In this document: positions 24,023 through 30,458 of the stretch, piece after piece
Layout of the letters: each line of letters starts with the position of its first letter
Numbering within the stretch: position 1 is the first letter of the stretch
IMG/VR virus record: IMGVR_UViG_3300026302_000100
Coordinates: 1 to 30,458 of that record
Source: a virus
Lineage: Duplodnaviria; Caudoviricetes
Reading direction: 5' to 3' (one strand)
DNA length: 30,458 nt
Program-made: the position numbers and the translations under genes
Notes under the pieces: model-generated
What the model was told of the DNA's origin: nothing
The model's input: only the letters and a program-made list of their open reading frames with translations
Databases searched by the model: none

Positions 24023-24355
24023 ATGAATCAAGACTTTGACACTGAACTCGAAGAAGACGTCACCCTCACCGGTATCCAGGTGAGCGGCGGCCCCTCTATG
24101 ACCGTCGGCGTGGGCGACAGGTCCGGTGACATCTACGTCCGCGGCGACCTACACCCCCTTGGAAGCGCCAGCGCCCTGCTGACTGCTGCCGCCCAGCACA
24201 TCCCCTACGTCGCCCTGAGTGCAGTGGAAGTGCTGTACCCGCTGGACTGGCTCAAGGGAGAGTGCGCCCACGACATCGACCGCCTGCGTGTGCTGGCGAA
24301 TCTGGAATCTTTTGTGCGCTCCGGGTTCAGCCAGGGTGCGGGGGTGAGGCAATAA
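24023..24355 (+). CDS. Hypothetical protein (110 aa)
   Basis: Strong AAGGAG SD. Confidence 0.7.
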   Translation: MNQDFDTELEEDVTLTGIQVSGGPSMTVGVGDRSGDIYVRGDLHPLGSASALLTAAAQHIPYVALSAVEVLYPLDWLKGECAHDIDRLRVLANLESFVRSGFSQGAGVRQ

Positions 24356-24357
24356 AC

Positions 24358-25032
24358 ATGACCAAGACAAAGAAAATGGCGGTGCTTGGCCTCAACCCAG
24401 CAGCCCTGCGGAACGTCTTGCGCCTGCCCGATGATGCAGAGGTCATCCGCATCGAGACCGTCCCGGGCTACCGCGGCCTTGTGAACGTCATCGTCGAAGG
24501 CGTTGGCTGGGAAGTGCAGGAAGGCGGCCCGCTGCCACCATCCACGCATGGGGTCTTTACGGTTGACCGTGACGAGCGTGGTGGGATCAAGCGGCTGACC
24601 GTGGACTGGGGGTTTCCGTTACCACGCGCCGACGCAAAGGACTACGTTGAGGTTGAGAGGCCGCTTACGCTCATGGCGTTGCGGCACAAGGCCAGGGAAT
24701 TCATGCGCGCGGCGCCGGAGGCCGACAATTGGCGGCGCCTGCGCCGACCGTACCGCGTCCTGATCTCGCCCGATGAGGCGCGCGAGCTGGAAACGATGGG
24801 CGAGTACGGGGCAGGGATTCCCGGGCTCGTCATGCGCAGCGAATACGGGCCCAAAGAGGAGCGCAAGGCGCGGCCCAACGAGTTCGCCCGGGTGGAGTGT
24901 TGGGCGATTGACGTTGACGAGCCCGCCGGGACGATGCAGGAGCGCAGGCACGCAGAAATCGAGGAATCTGAGCTCGACCCATTCGGTGACAAGTTCGAGG
25001 CCGAGCATCAAACCAAGCACGGCTATTCATGA
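24358..25032 (+). CDS. Hypothetical protein (224 aa)
   Basis: ATG 24358 with GAGG SD, 2 nt after the upstream stop. Confidence 0.65.
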   Translation: MTKTKKMAVLGLNPAALRNVLRLPDDAEVIRIETVPGYRGLVNVIVEGVGWEVQEGGPLPPSTHGVFTVDRDERGGIKRLTVDWGFPLPRADAKDYVEVERPLTLMALRHKAREFMRAAPEADNWRRLRRPYRVLISPDEARELETMGEYGAGIPGLVMRSEYGPKEERKARPNEFARVECWAIDVDEPAGTMQERRHAEIEESELDPFGDKFEAEHQTKHGYS

Positions 25033-25043
25033 AGGAAACCAGC

Positions 25044-25631
25044 ATGAAACTCACCGCCAAACAGCAGGCCTTCGTCGCCGAGTACCTAATCGACCTGAAT
25101 GCCAGCGCCGCCTACCAGCGCGCCTACCCTGGAGCCAAGCCAGCGTCGGCCAGGGTTCAGTCGTGCCGTCTGTTAGTGGACCCTAACATTCAAGCCGCTA
25201 TTGCTGCGGGCAAGGCAGCGCGCGCTGAGCGGGTGGAAATCACCGCCGACCGCGTGTTGCAAGAGTTGGCCAAGCTGGTGTTCTTCGATGTTCGGACGCT
25301 TTTCCGCGAGGACGGCACGCTCAAGCCACCGAGCGAGCTAGACGACATCGCGGCATCGGCAGTGTCGAGCGTCGAGGTTACCGAGGAATTCGACGGCACC
25401 GGGCGCGACAAGGTGCAGATCGGATTCACGAAGAAGGTCAAGCTGTGGGACAAGCGGGCCTCGCTGGCGCTGATGATGCAGCACCTGGGCATGTTGGTCA
25501 TCAAGACCGAAGATGTCACCGACCCGATCAAGAAGGCCATGGGCAACATGAAGCCAGAGGAAGCCCAGCGCCTACTGGACACGCTGGACCAGGTGGCAAG
25601 CATCCAGGCCAAGGCCAAGCAAAAGGCCTGA
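25044..25631 (+). CDS. terS: Terminase small subunit
   Basis: 'LTAKQQAFVAEYLIDLNASAAY.RA', 'ITADRVLQELAKL.F.D', 'KVKLWDK'. Confidence 0.93.
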   Translation: MKLTAKQQAFVAEYLIDLNASAAYQRAYPGAKPASARVQSCRLLVDPNIQAAIAAGKAARAERVEITADRVLQELAKLVFFDVRTLFREDGTLKPPSELDDIAASAVSSVEVTEEFDGTGRDKVQIGFTKKVKLWDKRASLALMMQHLGMLVIKTEDVTDPIKKAMGNMKPEEAQRLLDTLDQVASIQAKAKQKA

Positions 25632-27100
25632 TGGACGCCGCCGCACTCGCCCTTTCGCTGGACCCTCTGAAACTGGAGGTGCTCAGGGCGGGGCTGCGCC
25701 GGCAGATCGCGCAGCAGCGGCTGGCCGTGTATCGCCCGTACGTCAAACAGGCTGACTTCCACGCCATGGGCGCCGTCAAGCGCGAGCGCATGCTGTCGGC
25801 CGGCAACCAGCTGGGCAAGACATTGAGTGCGAGCGCCGAAGTCGCCATGCACGTAACCGGCCGCTACCCTGACTGGTGGGTGGGTAAGAGGTTCACCAAA
25901 GGCAACCACGGCCTGGCTGGCTCGGAGTCGGGAGAGTTGACCCGCAAGGGCGTGCAGCGCCTGCTGTTCGGGCGCGATCCCAAAATGGAGCCCGGCACCG
26001 GGATGATACCCGGCGACTGCATCCTGGGATTCACCTGGAGCCGCCACGTCAACGACCTGATCGACACAGCCCGCATCCGGTTCATTGACGAGCACGGCAA
26101 CGAGAGCGTCAGCACCATCAGCCTGAAGGCTTACGAGCAGGGCCGCGGCAAGTGGCAGGCCGACACCGTGGACTGGGTCTGGTTCGACGAGGAGCCACCC
26201 GAGGAAATCTACACCGAAGGCCTGACGCGCACGAACGCCACATTCGGCCCGGTCATCGTGACCTGCACGCTGCTTTCCGGCATGACGGCGATTGCCACCA
26301 GGTTCTGGCTGGAGCTGCACAAGTACCCTGACGCCGGCATGGTGAACATGACCATCGACGACGTGGAGCATTACACCTCCGAGCAAAAGGCCGGGATCAT
26401 CGCCAGCTACCCGGCGCACGAGCGCGAGGCCCGGACCAAGGGTGTGCCCATGCTGGGCTCAGGAAGGATATTCGCCGTGGAAGAAGAAAGCATCATCGTC
26501 CGCCCGTTCCGTTACCCGGACTATTGGCGCTGCATCGGCGGCATGGACTTCGGCTGGGATCACCCAAGCGCCGCCGTCAAACTGGTGCACGACGCAGACG
26601 AGGACGTGGTCTACCTGACCAACAGCTACCGGCAGAGCAAGGCGGTGCCGATCGTGTTCGCTGCGGCGGTCAAGCCGTGGGGCGAGTGGCTGCCATGGTC
26701 ATGGCCAGCTGACGGCCTGCAAACCGAGAAGGGCTCGGGCAAGAGCCTGGCGCCGCAGTATCGGGATGCCGGGATGAACCTGCTGGAGAAGCCTGCCACC
26801 CACCCACCGGCCGACGGCGAGGAAGAAGGAACAGGCGGCAACAGCGTCGAGGCTGGCATCACCCGGCTGCTGGAGCGGATGATGACCGGCCGCTTCAAGG
26901 TGTTCGAGGGGCAAGGGGAGTGGCTTGAGGAATTCCGCATGTACCACCGCAAGGACGGCAAGGTGGTCAAGCTGAAAGACGACCTGATGGCCGCCACGCG
27001 GTACGCCGAAATGATGCTGCGCCACGCCATCACAAAGCCCGCGCCGGTGGTGCGCGGCGGCGTCCGCGTGAACCATTCCGTCCGCCGCGGGGGCTACTGA
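25631..27100 (+). CDS. terL: Terminase large subunit, P22 gp2-like
   Basis: TGATG coupling; Walker A AGNQLGKT, Walker B WFDEEPP, nuclease GMDFGWDHP and DDLMAATRYA. Confidence 0.95.
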   Translation: MDAAALALSLDPLKLEVLRAGLRRQIAQQRLAVYRPYVKQADFHAMGAVKRERMLSAGNQLGKTLSASAEVAMHVTGRYPDWWVGKRFTKGNHGLAGSESGELTRKGVQRLLFGRDPKMEPGTGMIPGDCILGFTWSRHVNDLIDTARIRFIDEHGNESVSTISLKAYEQGRGKWQADTVDWVWFDEEPPEEIYTEGLTRTNATFGPVIVTCTLLSGMTAIATRFWLELHKYPDAGMVNMTIDDVEHYTSEQKAGIIASYPAHEREARTKGVPMLGSGRIFAVEEESIIVRPFRYPDYWRCIGGMDFGWDHPSAAVKLVHDADEDVVYLTNSYRQSKAVPIVFAAAVKPWGEWLPWSWPADGLQTEKGSGKSLAPQYRDAGMNLLEKPATHPPADGEEEGTGGNSVEAGITRLLERMMTGRFKVFEGQGEWLEEFRMYHRKDGKVVKLKDDLMAATRYAEMMLRHAITKPAPVVRGGVRVNHSVRRGGY

Positions 27101-27108
27101 CTCAAATT

Positions 27109-27220
27109 GTCGGCATATATGCCACGACGCGCCTAGCGCGGGCCCGTCCATACCATCGTTTTCAAGGCACCCGCTATGGGTGCGTCCGCCCGTTTCGAGG
27201 GCTCCAACGATGGGCACCTG
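27109..27220 (+). promoter_or_regulatory. Candidate late regulatory region/structured leader upstream of portal
   Basis: Palindrome GGCATATATGCC (27112-27123), TACCAT (27151-27156), then a three-way junction closed by CCATCGTT/AACGATGG. Confidence 0.45.
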
Positions 27221-29533
27221 ATGGCACGCAAGAAAACGAGCAACACCGACCCCGCCGCTGAGATTGCGGCCCAGGTGCGCGCCGGCACGATGGATGCCGC
27301 AGCAGCCCTGACAGCCACCGCTGACGCAATCGCCACGATGACCGGCGGCGATGCTGACGATGAGCCCGACGAGTTCACCGTCAGCGAGCAGGAGCGCGAG
27401 GCCGAGAAAGAGTTTGAGGCCCGCCGCAACCGCATCAACGCCCTTGGCCACCGCTTGCTGGCCGAAGCCCAGGATCAGGTCAAGCTGCGCCAGTCCAAGG
27501 AAGAATGCTGGTACCAGGACGTGCGCCAGTTCAACGGCCAGTACGACCCGAACACATTCCCGCCTGACGAATCAGGCGAGGTGCCGTATGGCAGCCGCAT
27601 CTACGTTCCACTGACCCGCCGGCTGGTGGGTCTATGCGAAGCCCGGCTGTACGACATGCTGTTCCAGTCCGGCGAGCGCGGGTTCATCCTCAAGCCCACG
27701 CCAGTCCCTGAGATGGGCGAGCTGGACAAATTGACCGGCAAGGCCAACCCGGACATGCCCGTCACCATCGAGGGAAAGAAGGTGCCAGTGCGCGACGTGG
27801 CCACCGCGGTGAAGGAGTTGGTGGAGGAGGCCAAGCGCCGCGCCGACGGCATGCAGCGGGAGATTGATGACCAGTTCGCCGAGTCCAAATTCTCCATCCA
27901 CGCGCGCAACGCAATCCACGATGCCGCCTTACTGGGCACGGGCATCCTCAAGGGCCCGACCGTCATGTATAAGACGGCCAAACGATGGATCACTGACGAC
28001 CAGGGCAACACCACCCTCAAGAAAGACCGCCGCCCTGTGCCGGTGGTGGCGCGTGTGGACCCCTGGAACTTCTTACCCGATATGTCGGCCACCACGATCG
28101 ACGAGGCCGAATTCGTCTTTGAGCGCCACTTCCTGACCCGCAAACAGGTTTCCGCCCTGAAGGACATGGAGGCCGTTGACTTGGAAGCCCTGCGCCGGGT
28201 GCTGGGAGCCGAGCCCAACGTCACCGGTGACAACCACCGCGAGAAGCTGCGCGCCATCTCCGGGGCCAGCGGCGCCCCGGACAAGCGCTACGAGGTCTGG
28301 GAGTACCAGGGCCCACTCAGCGCCGAGGACTTGATCGACTGCGGCTGCACTGGCGTGGACAAGGACGACCCGCTGCAGCAGTACACCGGCATTGTCTGGT
28401 TCTGCGAAGGCATCGTGCTCAAGGCCGCCCTGAACCCGCTGGACACCGGCGAACTGCCCTACCGGGTCTTCACCTGGCAGAAGGACGAATCCAGCATCTT
28501 CGGTTTTGGCCTGCCGTATGAGGTGCGCGACGGCCAGATCAGCGCCAATTCAGCCTTCCGCGCCATGCTGGACAACATGGGCTTGTGCGCCTTGCCCCAG
28601 GTGGTGCACGACGACGAGAAGGTCACTCCGATGAACGGGCGCAACTTCATCGAGCCCGGCAAGTTCTGGCGCAACAAGACCGGAAAGGACGCGCGCGAGG
28701 CCATCGCCTTCATCAACATCGAATCCCGCCTGCCGGAACTGAGCCAGATTTTCGCCGCGGCCAAAGCCCTGATCGAAGAAGTCGGCACGATGCCCGCCTT
28801 CCTGCAGGGCCAGGACGCCCCGGCCGCGATGAACTCAGCCACCGCAGCGAGCATCAGCTGGACCGCCGCCAACCTGTGGGTGCGTCGCGCGGTGCGCAAC
28901 TGGGACGACGACATCATCACCCCGATGGTCGGCGGATTCTTCGACTGGAACATGCAGTGGAACGACAAACCCGAGATCAAGGGCGACAGCCAGATCGTGG
29001 CATTGGGCGTGTCATCGCTTGCCGAGCTGGAAGGCCAGGCGCAGCGGCTGCAAGGACTGGTGCAGGCCGCCAAGGCGATGGGTGTGCCACTGCCGGACCA
29101 GATGATGATGCTGCGCCAGTACGCGCGCTCCCTCAAGCTGGACCCGGACCTGTGCCTGCCCACGGAGGAACAGATCAACAAGATGCGCGAGGCTGCCGAA
29201 GCCGCAGGCCCGGTCAAAGACCCGGAACAGCGCAAGCTCGACGTGGCCGAGGAAAACAACCGGCTTGACGCCAAGACCGCAGAGGGCCAGGCCGCCGCCA
29301 AGATGGCCGAGATTGCCCAGCGCGAGCGCGACGGCGACCGCCGCGAGCGCATGCTCATCGCCACGCTGATGGCCGAACAGAACATGAGCGAGCAGGAAAT
29401 CCGCGAGAAGTACGGCCTGCAAGCCGCACAGATCCAGATCGATCGGCAGGAGAAAGCCGCCGACCGCGCCCATGAAGCCCAGATGCTGAACGCCGAAATG
29501 CAGTTCAGCGCCCAGACCGGAGCCGGCGTATGA
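27221..29533 (+). CDS. Portal protein (P22-like podoviral type)
   Basis: Follows terL; about 770 aa; 'DAALLGTGILKGP', 'RVDPWNFLPD', 'FGFGLP...RDGQ...N...R.MLDN'; long C-terminal helical coiled coil. Confidence 0.9.
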   Translation: MARKKTSNTDPAAEIAAQVRAGTMDAAAALTATADAIATMTGGDADDEPDEFTVSEQEREAEKEFEARRNRINALGHRLLAEAQDQVKLRQSKEECWYQDVRQFNGQYDPNTFPPDESGEVPYGSRIYVPLTRRLVGLCEARLYDMLFQSGERGFILKPTPVPEMGELDKLTGKANPDMPVTIEGKKVPVRDVATAVKELVEEAKRRADGMQREIDDQFAESKFSIHARNAIHDAALLGTGILKGPTVMYKTAKRWITDDQGNTTLKKDRRPVPVVARVDPWNFLPDMSATTIDEAEFVFERHFLTRKQVSALKDMEAVDLEALRRVLGAEPNVTGDNHREKLRAISGASGAPDKRYEVWEYQGPLSAEDLIDCGCTGVDKDDPLQQYTGIVWFCEGIVLKAALNPLDTGELPYRVFTWQKDESSIFGFGLPYEVRDGQISANSAFRAMLDNMGLCALPQVVHDDEKVTPMNGRNFIEPGKFWRNKTGKDAREAIAFINIESRLPELSQIFAAAKALIEEVGTMPAFLQGQDAPAAMNSATAASISWTAANLWVRRAVRNWDDDIITPMVGGFFDWNMQWNDKPEIKGDSQIVALGVSSLAELEGQAQRLQGLVQAAKAMGVPLPDQMMMLRQYARSLKLDPDLCLPTEEQINKMREAAEAAGPVKDPEQRKLDVAEENNRLDAKTAEGQAAAKMAEIAQRERDGDRRERMLIATLMAEQNMSEQEIREKYGLQAAQIQIDRQEKAADRAHEAQMLNAEMQFSAQTGAGV

Positions 29534-29748
29534 GCGCAAACCTGCCCTGGAGCGCCGTGGTCGAGAAGGTCAACGACCGCATCAAGGAGTTGACCGCCAC
29601 CTGCTGCAGCACCGAGTCCAGCGACAAGGACATCCGCGCCGCCCAGGCTGGCATGGACGAGCTCAAGCGCTTGTTGACGCTGCCCGAGACGATGAAGAAC
29701 ACCGCCACCCAGAAGTCCCGCGCATCGGGCACCCGAGGAGGTTACTGA
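29530..29748 (+). CDS. Small helical protein following the portal
   Basis: ATGA overlap; 'IRAAQAGMDELKRLLTLPE' typical of post-portal small genes. Confidence 0.75.
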   Translation: MSANLPWSAVVEKVNDRIKELTATCCSTESSDKDIRAAQAGMDELKRLLTLPETMKNTATQKSRASGTRGGY

Positions 29749-29750
29749 CC

Positions 29751-30458
29751 ATGTACTGGCTCGAAAACTGGGGACCCAACCCCAACGTCCCAGCCCCTGC
29801 GCCCGCACCGGCTCAGCCCGACACCAGCGGTGCCGCCCCCGACTACACCGCGCAGGCCGGAAAGATGTATCAGGACACCTTTGGCCGCGCCGGGGATGCC
29901 GAGGGAATCGGCTTCTGGGCCGGCGAGCTTGCCAAGGGCCGCAGCGCAAGTGACGTGGGCAGCCAATTCGCCGAGGTCTCGCGCAGCGTCCTGGACAACT
30001 ACGCCCGCACGGGGCAGAACCAGTATTCCGATCTGCTGGACCAGGACCTTGCTGTCGCGGGGACCGCCGGAACCTTCACCGGCGGCGACCGCCGCAGCAC
30101 CGCCGAAAAGGCGCTGGAAGGCGGCGTGTTCGAGAAACTGTATGGCAGCAAACCTGCGACAAGAGCGCCCGCGACACCTGCCCTGAGCACTCAGCCATGG
30201 AAGGATGCGACGCAGTGGAACGTCACGCCAAACCAGACGGTGGCCGGGCAGATCGAAACCATCATCGCCAAAGACTCGCCTCTGATGCAGCAGGCCCGCA
30301 CCCGGGCGTTGCAGCGCCAGAACGCCAACGGGACGCTGAACTCCAGCATGGCCATCAGCGCAGGGGAGTCGGCCATGTACGACGCCGCGATGCCGATCGC
30401 CAATGCAGACGCATCCATGTACGGCAATGCAGCGCAGACCAACGCCAACACCGCCAAC
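29751..30458 (+). CDS. Putative virion/ejection protein with DUF4214-like N-terminal domain (3' truncated; absent from the ORF track)
   Basis: GAGGAGG SD; 236 codons open to window end; 'MYQDTFGRAGDAEGIGFWAGELAKG.S..DV..QF' and 'DSPLMQQARTRALQ...LNSSMAISAGESAMYDAAMPIA.ADA'. Confidence 0.75.
   Translation, partial: MYWLENWGPNPNVPAPAPAPAQPDTSGAAPDYTAQAGKMYQDTFGRAGDAEGIGFWAGELAKGRSASDVGSQFAEVSRSVLDNYARTGQNQYSDLLDQDLAVAGTAGTFTGGDRRSTAEKALEGGVFEKLYGSKPATRAPATPALSTQPWKDATQWNVTPNQTVAGQIETIIAKDSPLMQQARTRALQRQNANGTLNSSMAISAGESAMYDAAMPIANADASMYGNAAQTNANTAN

Larger units (their letters stand above)
1..30458. mobile_element. Temperate lambdoid-type phage/prophage segment (early-left, immunity, replication, nin-like, packaging) with P22-like terminase/portal
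   Basis: Divergent cI/cro switch with operators, recombination pair, O-like initiator plus DnaB, RusA, terS-terL-portal; dense ATGA/TGATG-coupled small ORFs; no host genes seen. Confidence 0.95.

Noticed and set aside
25445..25630. Longer N-terminus for TerL given by the ORF track (similar over-extensions for rusA, portal and 20377)
   Set aside because: Overlaps the upstream gene; coupled or SD-supported downstream starts fit better
27150..27215. tRNA gene (GTTTCGA loop)
   Set aside because: Only two internal arms, no D-arm/anticodon geometry, T-loop consensus not met
27086..29748. TerL and the post-portal protein both end in RGGY
   Set aside because: In the second case the codons double as the GAGGAGG SD of the next gene; not a true HbYX motif; likely coincidence
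28459..29949. 496-aa minus-strand ORF (likewise 25190-26419 and 17206-18375)
   Set aside because: Shadows of portal, terminase and DnaB; compositions typical of GC-rich antisense frames

Overview
This is a 30.5-kb segment of a GC-rich temperate, lambdoid-organised tailed phage or prophage. The host is probably betaproteobacterial, an inference from protein style only. It has P22-like packaging genes. From left to right: (1) a leftward early operon (1-10902) of small mosaic genes, including a YqaJ exonuclease with an annealing-protein partner, Gp37/Gp68 (DUF5131), a PagP-like outer-membrane beta-barrel and a lipoprotein; (2) a complete immunity switch with PL/OL, a membrane gene, a repressor without a peptidase domain, OR/PR, a leaderless cro, a tR1-like terminator and a cII-like gene; (3) a replication and nin-like region with an SF2 helicase-amino-methyltransferase fusion, a DUF1376 initiator with internal iterons, DnaB, RusA, a C5 methyltransferase, NinB-like, Acb2/Tad1-like, Ref nuclease and HslV/proteasome-beta-like genes; (4) terS, terL, portal and the start of a probable virion or ejection protein gene. 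The most striking signals are a C5 methyltransferase encoded in two overlapping frames, the nested frame carrying four tandem TRD-like modules plus motif IX, and a phage-borne PagP-like barrel. No integrase, Q, lysis cassette, tRNA or CRISPR array was recognised. All family assignments come from motif recognition by eye, not database searches.
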